The notes under the pieces were generated by a model. That model searched no databases, was not told where the DNA came from, and saw nothing but the letters and a program-made list of their open reading frames with translations. 64,000 nucleotides of DNA from Octopus vulgaris (taxonomy: Eukaryota): NCBI GenBank assembly GCA_951406725.2, contig OX597838.1:16306001-16370000 (forward strand). Direction: 5' to 3'. Position numbers and translations under genes: made by a program. Positions 51,777 through 64,000 of this stretch are shown one piece after another (within the stretch, counting starts at the first letter, position 1; the number at the start of each line of letters is the position of its first letter).

Positions 51777-52486
51777 CCCTTTAGCATTCAGATTACTCTG
51801 CTAAATGCAATGCTTACCGTAAATCTTCGAGTGTAGTCCGCCCTTGAGTATAATACGCAGGGGATTTTTAGGGGGCTGTACCTCTGAAAAACCTAAACCT
51901 TGAGTATAATACGCACTCCTTCTCTAACTTGAGTCGTGCATAATTAAGCCAACAGCACCTAGTCGAACAAACACTTCCACGCATGCGTAATACAATAATA
52001 GTGACGTTCTTAACTGTTATATGGGAATGTAAATATGTTTGCAAATTGTTTTTGTTACATGTTATTCAGTGTTCTGAATACTTTATTTTAATAAATGTTG
52101 CTTACTGCAAGTTATGGATGATTCTTTTATGACTTCATTGCTTTCAGGCTTAGCTTAAGGTATTTTCACATCCGACATCACAAAATGCGTCTGAATAAAC
52201 ATTGTCGGACAGCAAATAGAGACTCGGACATTGCTTAGAAAATATTTTTCATTTTTAACCTCGTATATCGTACGCACTAGGGATTTTGACCTTTAAATTT
52301 TGGGGAAAAAAATGTGGATTATACTCGAGGATTTGCGGTATTTACTTATTCACATTGTTTTGAATTAAACATGCATTATCTTGTAGCTTTGAGATTATGA
52401 TATGACTGTTCGTTTTTAGAAAGACATTGTTGGGTTGGTGCGATAGAATACTTCGGCTAGATATGGCCAGTTTAAATCCTAAAGGG
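51777..52486. mobile_element. piggyBac-like P2 MITE hosting a nested DNA transposon
   Basis: TTAA at 51773-51776 and 52487-52490; CCCTTTAG/CTAAAGGG ends. Confidence 0.8.
51817..52338. mobile_element. Non-autonomous Tc1/mariner-type transposon
   Basis: TA TSD at 51815-51816 and 52339-52340; 25 bp imperfect TIRs ccgtaaatcttcgagtgtagtccgc / gtggattatactcgaggatttgcgg. Confidence 0.85.
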
Positions 52487-52859
52487 TTAAAAAGGGAAGT
52501 TTGTATGGGAGAACTAGGGCAGTTTCTGGTGGATCAGTATCAAAAGGGTTAAACATAAACATGGTTATACAGAAAAACAAATAGGACACACAAAAAGAAT
52601 TTGATGCAAGGAGCATCAGCCATATTCATCTCATGACTGTCTTTGTAATCTTGTTACTAATAGAATCTTTAATTAAGACAGTTTTCATCAAATTATTCAG
52701 TATAAGGTGCTAGATATGTAAAACAAAGGAAGGTGATTAATAAAAAGAATTAAACTTTTCTATCCCTCATCATCAAAAAAAAATATTGATAAGTACCTTT
52801 TGGGGATTGATGAAAATTAGGTATCTGTTAGGGGTTGAGGAAAAAAATACTAGTCAAGT

Positions 52860-52927
52860 ACTTAGGTCGATGTGATTGACTTACCCCCTCCCTACAAATT
52901 TCAGGCCTTGCACCTTTAGTAGAAAGG

Positions 52928-52974
<47 letters not shown>

Positions 52975-53411
52975 GGTGACAAGGTGGCAGAATCATTAGC
53001 ATGAAATGGTTAGCAGTATTTTGCCTGTCACTACATTCTGAGTTCAAATTCTGCCATGGTCAACTTTGTCTTTCATCCTTTCGGGGTCAATAAATTAAGT
53101 ACCAGTGAAATAGTGGGGGTCGATATAATCAACTAATTTCAAGCCTTGTGCCCTTAACAGAAAGGATTACCATTATTACTATTACTATCATTATTATTAT
53201 TATTGTTGTTAATAAGGTAACAAGCAGGCAGAATTGTTAGCACTCTGAATGAAATGCTTAGCAGTATTTTGCCTTCTGAGTTCAAATTCTACCAAGGCCA
53301 ACTTTGCATTTCAGGGTCAATAAATTAAGTACCAGTGAAACACTGGGGTCGATGTAATCAACTAGTCCCCACCAACAAAATTTCAGGCCTTATGCCTTTA
53401 GTGGAAAGGAT
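52860..53411 (+). mobile_element. Three older family B-related SINE units in tandem, separated by (TTA)n tails
   Basis: Each ends ...gcctt.tgcc.tta..agaaaggatta(tta)n. Confidence 0.8.
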
Positions 53412-53868
53412 TATCTATTATTATTACTGATCTTGGGGAAACAACAATAAAATCATAAAGAGAACTTTGTAATACAGTAGAGGGAAACCCAGCGGGAATC
53501 TTGCAAATATACGCACAAATGTATGATGTGGTGTGACATATATCTGTATAAATAGACAAACCTGGAATTCAACTAAACATACTAATTAAAATTTAGGAGT
53601 CTTAGCAGTCAACTCTTCTTCCTCTTGTGGTCATTCCAGCAGTTGTAGTAGACTGGAAAGGTGATCACAAGACTATTATTCAACCGAAATTTTTTTTTTT
53701 TTTCCCCATTTAATGCTATTACACATTTGTTACTTATTTCAAGTCTGAAGTCAATCAGGATAATTATGGAATTGTTCTGTACTGACTACTGCAGACAAAA
53801 TAGATAAAAAATAAATTAAATTCACAGAGCAATTTTCTAAAAAGATGCTAATCATTCCAACATAGGAA

Positions 53869-53918
<50 letters not shown>

Positions 53919-55025
53919 CAACAATATATATATTTCAACAGCAAAATAAATATGTGTAAATAATGAAATTTTCAGGGTAAAAAAGAAAAAAGCTATTATT
54001 CTAACTGAAATTGCAATTTTGTAAAATAGAAACCAACTGCATTTAAGAAAGTGAAAAGAAAAGAGAAAAATAAATAAGAAGAGTTTATAAAGACAGGTGG
54101 GTAGGTGGAGGAAGGGAGACAGACAGGGGGGGGGGTGAGGTGGAAAAAGGAAGACAGACAGAAGGTGGGAGGGAGAGAGAATAACACAACAAAGATTGAA
54201 TGATTTGAAATAATTAAGACAACAGCTTAATTTATTTAGGTGATTCATAATGAACTTTGTTATTAATTCTTCAGTAAACTCACTGCAGGAAACCAAAACA
54301 ATAATGGATGTTTTGTCTTCGAATAGAAATACACGGAAGAATGTTCCAATATAGTTGTATAGTTTAACCTTTTTGCCAAACTTATTAACAGATTACAATA
54401 CTGTTGCTTCACAAACCATGTAAGGTGCAGGCATGTGGGTGTGTGGTTAAGGAGTTTGTATCTCAAGTATTATGGTTCGGGGGTTCAGTTCCATTGCATG
54501 GTAACTTGGGGGAGTGTTTTCGAAATATATAGCCCCAGGCCAACTGAAACTTTGTAGATGGATTTGGTAGAGACAGAAACAACTGAAAGAAATCCATCGT
54601 ATATGTCTGAAGAAGCCTCTGTGTGTGTGTGTGTGTGCGCGCATGTGCGTGTGTGTGTGCATATATGTAAATGTGTGTCTGTATGTGTGTGTCCGTATGC
54701 GTGTGTCTGTGGGTGTCCATATGCATGTGTGTATCTGTGTATGTGTGCGTGTATGCATATGTGTGCATGTGCATGTATCTTTGTTGATGCATCATTTGAT
54801 AGTTGTAAACAAGCATCGCCATCACATGATCATGGTTGTTTATTTCCAATCTTCTGCAAAAACATGTCAGGCCATGAGGAAATATAATGTTCCTTTGAAA
54901 CAAATCAGCAGCAGAAAGAGCATCAGGTCATGTAAAACCTGCCTCAACAAATTTCATCTAACCCATGCAAACATGGAAAAGTGAATGTTAAAACCATCAT
55001 TATGTCGATGATTATAATAAATAAA

Positions 55026-55272
55026 TGCACCCTTTTAAAGCCTAACCAGGCTCATGGGCCCAGTTTCCCGGTTTCAATGGCGTATGTGTTCCCCAGCTGG
55101 ACGGGACGCCAGTCCATTGCATCGTTACTCATTTTTGCCAGCTGAGTGGACTGGAGCAACGTGAAATGAAGTGTTTTGCTCAAGAACATAACGCGTCGCC
55201 CGGTCCAGGAATCGAAACCACAATCTTACAATCATGATGCTGACATCCTAACCACTAAGCCATGCACCTCCA
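55026..55272 (-). mobile_element. tRNA-derived SINE, family D-like head with V-like core
   Basis: tggaggtgcatggcttagtggttagg...ttcgattcctggaccgggc...atggactggcgtcccgtccagctggg. Confidence 0.8.
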
Positions 55273-55485
55273 CTATTATTTTTAGGGAACCTGAGCTCTT
55301 CAGTCTTCACATACTTTGTTATGGACTTCTTTGCAAAGATCAGCACCTACAGACAAACTAGTGACAATACAGCCAAAAGCCCTTCATCAAATCAACTAGA
55401 ATCTTTAAACCTAAAACATATGGTTCAGAAGCAAACTTCTTAATATAAATATTACAAGAATATTTATTATATCATAAATAAACTA

Positions 55486-55891
55486 GGCGCAGGAGTGGCT
55501 GTGTGGTAAGTAGCTTGTTTACCAACCACATGGTTCCGGGTTCAGTCCCACTGCGTGGCACCTTGGGCAAGTGTCTTCTACTATAGCCTCGGGCCGACCA
55601 AAGCCTTGTGAGTGGATTTGGTAGACGGAAACTGAAAGAAGCCCGTCGTATATATGTATATATGTATGTGCGTGTATGTTTGTGTGTCTGTGTTTGTCCC
55701 CCTAGCATTGCTTGACAACTGATGCTGGTGTGTTTATGTCCCCGTTACTTAGCGGTTCGGCAAAAGAGACCGATAGAATAAGTACTGGGCTTACAAAGAA
55801 TAAGTCCCGGGGTCGAGTTGCTCGATTAAAGGCGGTGCACCAGCATGGCCGCAGTCAAAATGACTGAAACAAGTAGAAAGAGAAAAAGAGA
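55486..55891 (+). mobile_element. SINE family A (full length)
   Basis: Matches consensus. Confidence 0.95.
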
Positions 55892-55908
55892 GAAACTAAC
55901 ATTCTTAC

Positions 55909-56064
55909 CAAATGTCCATTCTGTGTTACAATTCTGGCAAGAAGGTTCGGTAGATTGGGACTGCTTGATGTTATGAGATCTATCAGCAGTAGAGTGGTTC
56001 AATAAAGAGTTAGGAGTTCTTCACAAAACAACACTATCAGGCAGCTACCATTACATGATCACAG
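55909..56064 (-). other. Candidate 156 nt non-coding exon
   Basis: Acceptor ctc(t)nccatctacag| and donor TTG|GTAAGA; all three frames stop early. Confidence 0.4.
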
Positions 56065-56323
56065 CTGTAGATGGAAAAAAAAAAGAGAATTTGTATTCAG
56101 TTAACAAAAAGTGCAAGCAGAAAACACAAAAACCCATTCATTTTGCCAAGTATTTTTAAGCATCACCTCCTCTTCCATGACCCACTCCTGTGTTCCTTAC
56201 ATTCCCCCAAACTAAGACTCACCATTGCCCACACCTCCACCCATGTTCACCATTCACTACTTTCACTTTCATATCTGTCACTCTCCTTTCACAATCTCAT
56301 GACCCTACCTACCCAGTCATCCT

Positions 56324-56368
<45 letters not shown>

Positions 56369-56917
56369 ATTCCCTCTTGTATCTTGAGGGTACATCCTGA
56401 TACCACAGTTCCATCATCTTTTCTTCCTTTCTTGCTGAGGATAGGGAGGGCCATGAATTTGTGGAGGGTAATTTTCTATGCATGTTGTGAACCTCACCTG
56501 TTTCCAAGCAAGATAATATTTACCTGTGCTTGAACATACTGTTCAAAGAAAACTGGGAATGAACAACCCCTCTTTTATGGTGGTGACACTTATTTACAAT
56601 CATCATGTGACAGCTAGACACAGGTACACACAAACACACACATATATTTCTTTCAATTTTTGTTTACCAAATTCACTTGCAAACTTTGGTCAGCCCAAAC
56701 CTATAGCAGAAGGCACTTGCCCAAGGTGCTGCGCAGTGGGCCTGAACCCAAGATCACATGGTTGGGAAGCAAGCTTCTTAGCCAGACAGCCACGCCGACA
56801 CATATCAATATAATACAATATTCAATGCTAATACAGAAGAAAAAAATTAAGAAAACATCTCAAATCATTTCCTGTAACAAAAAACAATTTCTCTAATACT
56901 TTGTCTTATTAACAGAA

Positions 56918-56963
<46 letters not shown>

Positions 56964-57328
56964 CACTTGCTGTATTATCTAATAAGAATGGATAAAGAAA
57001 TACTTTGGATGATTAATAGAATCTTGTTCAATTCAGCTATCATTTAATGTAAGAAGGTCAAGAGAAGGGGAAAGAAAAGTGTCTTGCTATTTTTTTCTTT
57101 CATTTTATTTTAATTTTCATTTCTGGAAAATTCCACCAGACAAAATTATTCCTGCTTATTCAATGGAGTAAGTATTCATCCTTCTTCTCTGGATTAAATG
57201 CTTTTATTAGGTGATGAGGGTGGCAGCGATGAGGGTGGTGGCAGTGATGAGGGTGGTGGCAGCAATGAGGGTGATGGTGGTGATAATGAAGAGGGAAGAA
57301 AATTCTTGCACCCATTTCACTTGACCTA

Positions 57329-57487
57329 AAGTAGTTCTTAACCAGGGTCTATATGATCCTTAGGGGTTCATATACGATTTTTTTGTTATTTATGTGCAAT
57401 AAACTGTTTATATTTCTACAATACACAAAATATCATTTTTTTTTTGTACTATTCTTAATAATATTTAATTACTAAATTACAGTAGGA

Positions 57488-57526
<39 letters not shown>

Positions 57527-57811
57527 TCATCGTTTTACATCTGTTTTCCATGCTGGCATGGGTTGGACAGTTTGACTGGGGTCTGGGAAGCCAGGATGCT
57601 GCACTAGGCCCCAATCTGATCCGGCAGTGTTTCTACAGCTGGATGCCCTTCCTAACGCCAACCACTTCAAGAGTGTAATGGGTGATTTTTACATGCCACA
57701 GGCACAATATATATATATATATATATGGCTATATATAATGGCTATAGATGTCCAGTAGGGTAAAACAGGAATCAAAGGGATCCATAGAGAAAAAATGGTT
57801 GAGAACCACAG
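57329..57811. mobile_element. hAT-like MITE with family C insertion (57524-57705)
   Basis: Ends gtagttcttaacca / tggttgagaaccac are inverted; related sequence near 35225-35545. Confidence 0.5.
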
Positions 57812-58395
57812 ACTTAGAGAATAGAATGAACTTTTCCCAACCCAATTTCTCTGCCCAGCCATTCTACAAGACTGTTCTTGTCATAAAGATGACATATTGG
57901 AGGAAATGAACTTGAAAGACTTCAGTCAATTAGATAGCGAAATCAAATCACAGATACAGTTTTACTAACAGCGTTCATTCTTAATAGTAATGGCGCTGAT
58001 GTTTACTGCAGCAAATCTTATCAAACAATGAGTGTCGTTCCATCATATACCCAAGACTATTTATTGGATATTGTAGTAGGAAATATTCATCAGAAACTGA
58101 CTTCGTTGTTGTAGACAACAGAATGAAGAAAGGAAAAAAGATATTGATTAATATATTAGTTTCTTTTTCTTCTCTTTTTATTCCATTAACCCCTTTTGGT
58201 ATAGATCTACCCAAGATTGCCCTTGATTCTTTGATACAGACCCCTTGTTTTACAATGATCAAAATTAAAACCTTCTGTCACAATTTCATGTTAATCTATG
58301 TTCCTAACATCAGCTTTATAATGGCTTCAAATTTTGGTACAAGGCCAGCAATTTGAGGGAAGGGGATAAGTCAGCTACATCAACCCCAGTGCATA

Positions 58396-58765
58396 ACTGG
58401 CAGAAACGTTAGCACGCCGGGCGAAATGCTTAGCAGTATTTCGTCTGCGTTACGTTGTGAGTTCAAAATTCCGCCAAGGTCGACTTTGCCTTTCATCCTT
58501 TCGGGGTCGATAAATTAAGTACCAGTTACGCACTGGAGTCGATGTAATCGACTTAATACCTATGTCTGTCCTTGTTTGTCCCTTCTGTGTTTAGCCCCTT
58601 GTGGGTAATAAAGAAATAGGTACTTATTTTATTGACCCCCCCGCCCCAAAGGATGGAAAGCAAAGTCAACCCTGGCAGAATTTGAACTGAACACATGAAG
58701 ATGGACGAAATGCTGCTAAGCATTTTGCCCAGCAGGCTAAGAATTCTGCCAGATTGCTGCCTGAA
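58396..58765. mobile_element. Family B (+, 58396-58618) inserted in an older inverted B-related copy
   Basis: Motif identity on both strands. Confidence 0.85.
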
Positions 58766-59014
58766 CACCAGGTTAATAATGACAGTCCTTTTGCTAATCC
58801 ATCATCATCATTGCTTAATGCCTGCCTTCCATGCTGGCATGTGTTGGATGGTTTAACAGGAGTCGGCCAGTAGACGGCTATACCAGGTGTGTGTGTCTGG
58901 TTTGGCATGGCTTTCGTTATTTTAAAAATTAATTGCAACAAAGACAATGTATTTCAACAGAAATATCCTACTTATATGATTTAGCTTCTGAATCTTTCCA
59001 TCATTTTCTCTTAA

Positions 59015-59235
59015 CCCTTTAGCATTTAAACCGGCCATATCCGGCCAAAAGTATTCTGCCTGTTTTATGTTCAAACTGGCCAGATCTGGTCTCTCACACC
59101 AACCCTACAATATCACCTTAAAAATTAACAGCTTCCTCATCAAATTCTCATAGTTACAAGATAATGCACGATTAGTTCAAGGCAATGTGGATAAAAAAGG
59201 ATTAACTTTGGCGGAATAATGCGAACACTAAAGGG
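59015..59235. mobile_element. piggyBac-like MITE, family P2
   Basis: TTAA at 59011-59014 and 59236-59239. Confidence 0.85.
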
Positions 59236-59432
59236 TTAAACCTTTTGATAACCAACCTGCCAGAAACTGCCCGTGGTTCTACGAAACAAATATGCTATCT
59301 TATCTTTCATATTTTACTTGTTTCAGTCACTACACTGGAAAATAGAACATGTACCAGTAATGTATTGGTATCAATCAACCAACAAACTCTACACTATCAC
59401 TACTAACTTTGTACATCATCATCATCATCATT

Positions 59433-59629
59433 GTTCCCAAGCAGTGGTAGGAAAACAAACACATACATACACACACACATTATATAAATATATAAATATA
59501 TATGTATGATGAGTAGCACTGAGCATTCCACAGACGTGTACCCTTATCATAGTTCTCAGGGTGATTCAGCATGACACAGAGTGTGACAAGGCTGGCCCTT
59601 TGAAATACAGGCACTAAACCCCACTCCAA
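59433..59629 (+). repeat. 197 bp local duplicate of 61285-61882 lacking the Helitron
   Basis: Near-identical sequence on both sides of the insertion point (59500/59501). Confidence 0.92.
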
Positions 59630-59921
59630 TTGTAGGAAATCATGATCTAAGAAAATTGTCCAAGCAAGAAGAAATGGAATAGCCATTAGATATTATAAAA
59701 GACTGTTTGCTTGAATAAAGCAGCAGCAGCATAATTATTTGGTCAAACCCAACAGCAGCATCAGATGTTATTAACAATGGCACAAAGAAGAAAAGTTATC
59801 TGTAATGCTGATTCTACACTTCATCCTTCCAGCATTCATTCACTCACTCGTTCTTTTGATGTAAAATGGCTTTTTCATTTACCAGATGCAGTTTAGTATT
59901 ATAAGCAGAGGGAGCACTATA

Positions 59922-60331
59922 CGAGCTGGCAGAACTGTTAGCACGCCGGGCGAAATGCGTAGCCGTATTTCGTCCGCCGTTACATTCTGAGTTCAAATTC
60001 CACCGAGGTCGACTTTGCCTTTCATCCTTTCGGGGTCAATAAATAAAGTACCAGTTACGCACTGAGGTCGATGTAATCGACTTAATCCCTTTGTCTGTCC
60101 TTGTTTGTCCCCTCTATGTTTAGCCCCTTGTGGGTAGTAAAGAAATAGGTATTTCGTCTGCCGTTACGTTCTGAGTTCAAATTCCGCCGAGGTCGACTTT
60201 GCCTTTCATCCTTTCAGGGTCGATAAATAAAGTACCAGTTACGCACTGGGGTCGATGTAATCGACTTAATCCGTTAGTCTGTCCTTGTTTGTCCCCTCTA
60301 TGTTTAGCCCTTTGTGGGCAGTAAAGAAATA
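59922..60331 (+). mobile_element. Dimeric SINE family B
   Basis: Second unit starts at gtatttcgtctgccgttacg right after the first tail aaagaaatag. Confidence 0.92.
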
Positions 60332-60499
60332 TATATGACTGTTAAAATAAAATTTCTCAAAAACTTAAGACAAACAAAAACTGCTCCACCCTTTTGAAAC
60401 CAAACTCACTTGAAACTGTGCTTGGTTCCATCACTAACTTTTGCATTAAAATTATCATAATTTAAACCTGCTGCCAAAATTTCAGATTAATTTATATTA

Positions 60500-60904
60500 C
60501 TCTTTTCTTTACTTGTTTCAGTCATGTGACTGTGGCCATGCTGGAGCACCGCCTTTAGTCGATCAAATCGACCCCACGACTTATTCTTTGTAAGCCTAGT
60601 ACTTATTTTATCGGCCTCTTTTTTGCCGAACCGCTATGTTACGGGGACGTAAACACATCAGCATCGGTTGTCAAGCGATGTTGGGGGGACAAACACAGAC
60701 AAACACGCACACACACACACATATATATATACATATATATACGACGGGCTTCTTTCAGTTTCCGTCTACCAAATCCACTCACAAGGCTTTGGTCAGCCCG
60801 AGGCTATAGTAGAAGACACTTACCCAAGGTGCCACGCAGTGGGACTGAACCCAGAACCATGTGGTTCGTAAGCAAGCTACTTACCACACAGCCACTCCTA
60901 CGCC
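60500..60904 (-). mobile_element. SINE family A (full length)
   Basis: Matches consensus. Confidence 0.95.
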
Positions 60905-61353
60905 TATGTTCTTAACAACAGTTTAATAATGACAAAATTATTTTAACGATTCTTTAATTATTTTCAAGCTCAACTGAAACAAAGATTGTGTATTTCAACA
61001 GAAATATATGGAAACAAAAAGGTTTAACAGCTGAACTGCCGTTTTAAGAATTGTTGTCATTTGATGGTTGGCTAATCTTTCCATTAACATATTCCTAATG
61101 AAATATGCTGCCTTCTTCATTTCAATTAACTTTGAAAATAATAAAGCATTTAGCAAAATAACTATTGTTATTAAGCTGCTGTTTGGAACATAAATTAAAT
61201 GTGAAAGGGTTAAGCTTAGTACTTATTCTATCAGTCTCTTTTGCTGAACTGCTAAGTTATGGGGACATAAACACACCATCACTGGTTCCCAAGCAGTGGT
61301 AGGAAAAACAAACACATACATACACACACACATTATATAAATATATAAATATA

Positions 61354-61753
61354 CTAGCAGTATCGCCCGGTGTTGCTCGGGTTTGTAAGGGAAATAACTA
61401 TATAAGCATTTTTAGAGATGTAAAGTATAATAGCCATCTCAATATGGCTAATCACAAAGTGGGGGGTGTTACTGTAGCTTTTTACATTCTGAGATTTAAT
61501 AATAAATTTTTAGAGAGTTACTTCCCTTATATATGCCAAAAATGCATTAAAAATGGGAAAAATTGATGGTAAATTTTTTTTAAATTGTAGACTCATCGTA
61601 GACGCGCACTAATACCCAGAAGGGCTCGATATGAATCACGACTATAAGATATCCGGTTTTGGTTAAACTGCACCACAAAATGTGGGAGTAGTTAGGAATC
61701 TAAATCATAGGAGACAGACACTCACACAACTTCACTTTTATATATAAAGAAGA
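61354..61753 (-). mobile_element. Non-autonomous Helitron (400 bp)
   Basis: Minus strand begins TC and ends cccgagcaacaccggg hairpin + cgatactgCTAG; inserted between A and T with no TSD, confirmed by the empty site at 59500/59501. Confidence 0.9.
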
Positions 61754-62482
61754 TATGTATGATGAGTAGCACTGAGAATTCCACAGACATGTACCCTTAT
61801 CATAGTTCTCAGGGTGATTCAGCATGACACAGAGTGTGACAAGGCTGGCCCTTTGAAATACAGGCACTAAACCCCACTCCAAATTTCAGGCCTTGTGCCT
61901 GTAGTAGAAAGGATAAGACAAGAGAGATGAAGAGTCAGGTCAAGAACAGAACGACTGAGAAAGGAACAGAGAAACTAGACAAAAGGACAAGAAAATACAA
62001 TCTTGAAAAGAGAGAGAAAGAGAGATTAAGAGAAAAACAGAAGAGACAGAGACTGGAAGACCAAGAGAGAAAGACAGAGAGATGAGAACAGAGAAAGGAA
62101 GACAGACAGACAGCAGAGAGTGAGAGAGAGAGAGAAACGAAATGGAAGAGAGGCTGGCAAATAAACAGAAGAGATGAGATTTCCAATAGATCAACAACGT
62201 AGATATATGAACAGTATTATTGATCTCTGTTGTCATAGAAATAAATATATTACTAACTGATATAATGAAAAGGGAGAAAAAAAATGGTGTTAGACATCTT
62301 TGTCAAGAAATAGTTTGATACAGGTCAAAAAAAAGTATCTAGTCATAACTCAAGCCGATAGGGAGAGCTAGTATGTGGTGACTCAAATTGCTAAAAACAG
62401 CCTCCATATCTTCCTCAGATCATACCCTACTGATTTAAAACTGAAAGGACCTAAGGGATGCATCTAACTGTGGGTTCCTTAA

Positions 62483-62924
62483 CCCTTTCGTTACTGTATT
62501 TATTTTGAGATGCTCTGTGTTTCTTTCAATTATTTTAAATATAACAAAGAATTTAGTAAAATAACTTAGTTATAATTAAGCTAGTGTTAGGAATATTAAT
62601 TGTGACTAAGGTTTGGTGGAAGATTTTAATTCAAAACTTATGGAAACAAGACATTTTACCACTGAGCCAGAGCCGGCTTTGGCCGGGTTAGTAACAAAAG
62701 GGTTAACCCTTTAGCATTCACTTTATTCTGTCAAAAGTAATGTTTATTTATTCACATTGTTTTGAATTAATCCTGCATTATTTTATAGCTTCAAGATTTT
62801 GATGAAGTAACATAATTTTTAGAATGGTATTATCGGGTTGGTGTGAGAGGCCAGATCTGACCAGTTTGAGCATAAAACGGGTCGAATATTTTGGCCAGAT
62901 ATCACTGGTCTAAATGCTAAAGGG
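62483..62924. mobile_element. Two piggyBac-like MITEs (P1 62483-62702, P2 62707-62924) sharing one TTAA
   Basis: TTAA at 62479, 62703 and 62925. Confidence 0.85.
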
Positions 62925-63345
62925 TTAATGGCGGCTCACTTGGAGATAAGCAACAACTTTTCAAAATTTGATCTTTACAAATAAACCTATAAATATCAGT
63001 AGTAGCTAGACCTCTTTGATACAACCAATATGGGTGGAGTGGAGTTTCTGATATCAATCTACCCAGAAATGCCTTTGCTTCTATGATACAAACTTCTTTT
63101 AATGTAATCCAAAACAAACCCTTCCATCAAAACATTAATTTATGCATCAAACACCTGCTTAATAAAGGCTAAGTTATTTTACTGAATTCCTAATTATTTT
63201 CAAAATTAAGTAAAACAAAAGCACTGTATTTCAATAGAAATATGGTAACCAAAGGGTTAAAGTGATCCAAATTAAAACCTTCCACCATAATTTCATATTA
63301 ATTTATGGAACAAACACCAACTTAATAATGGTAAGGGTATTTTAA

Positions 63346-63802
63346 CCCTTTAGTGTTCAGATTACTCTGTGAAATGTAATACTTTTTCACTCAAATTGTT
63401 TTGAATTAATCATGCATTATCTTATAGCTTTGAGGTTTCAATGATGTGATTGCTCATTTTTAGAATGTCAATGTAGGTTAGGAGTGAGGGGCTAGATGTT
63501 GCCCATTTGAATATAAAACATGTGGAATATCTGGGCCAGATATATGTTTCTTTATTACCCACAAGGGGCTAAACACAGAGGGGACAAATAAGGACAGACA
63601 AAGGGATTAAGTCGATTACATCGACCCCAGTGCGAAACTGGTACTTTATTTATCGACCCCGAAAGGATGAAAGGCAAAGTCGACCTCGGCGGAATTTGAA
63701 CTCAGAACGTAACGACAGACAAAATACTGCTAGGCATTTCGCCCGGCGTGCTAACAATTCTGCCAGCTTGGGCCAGATATAGCCAGTATAAACACCGAAG
63801 GG
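63346..63802. mobile_element. P2 MITE containing a family B SINE (63545-63768, -), itself inside a P1-like element
   Basis: TTAA at 63342-63345 and 63803-63806; SINE TSD tgggccagatata at 63532-63544 and 63769-63781. Confidence 0.88.
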
Positions 63803-64000
63803 TTAATGAATTTTCCATTATTTTCAAAATTAATTAAAACAAAGGGAGCATATTTCAACAGAAATATGGTGACAAAAGGATAAATGCCAGGAAGCTAGAG
63901 ATGGAAAAATGCCTTTGAGAGACCCTTACAGCCAAACAAGACCTTTATTTAATACACCAGTTCAATGATGGCAACAGTCACAACCATTGTTTTTAAGAGA

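Noticed and set aside
57209-57330. GDEGGS-repeat exon or G-quadruplex
   Set aside because: Short 15-18 bp repeat with long loops, early stop, no donor.
57963-58113. TACTAAC-AG followed by a ~47-codon plus-strand frame
   Set aside because: Branch point abuts the AG with no pyrimidine tract and no homology is recognised.

Overview
AT-rich, repeat-saturated eukaryotic (animal) DNA. The SINE families, the (TA)n/(CAT)n/(TAA)n microsatellite load and the LINE remnants look like an octopus (coleoid cephalopod) genome; this rests on my recall of the repeats, not on a search. No complete protein-coding gene can be supported, and nearly all supplied ORFs are microsatellite or SINE read-throughs. The window holds many copies of at least four tRNA-derived SINE families, 5'-truncated RTE, R4/Dong-like and CR1-like LINE ends, TTAA-flanked piggyBac-like MITEs, Tc1/mariner MITEs, a Helitron whose empty site is also in the window, Helentron-like elements and a 1.66 kb (TA)n-derived array. 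The most notable signal is a set of short elements embedded in (TA)n that carry type I hammerhead-ribozyme motifs (near-canonical, variant, tandem and inverted) or long hairpins, probably non-autonomous Penelope-like/retrozyme remnants. Weaker signals are several minus-strand exon-like segments with good splice sites and two promoter-like spots. Coordinates were read by eye; diverged repeat ends are approximate.
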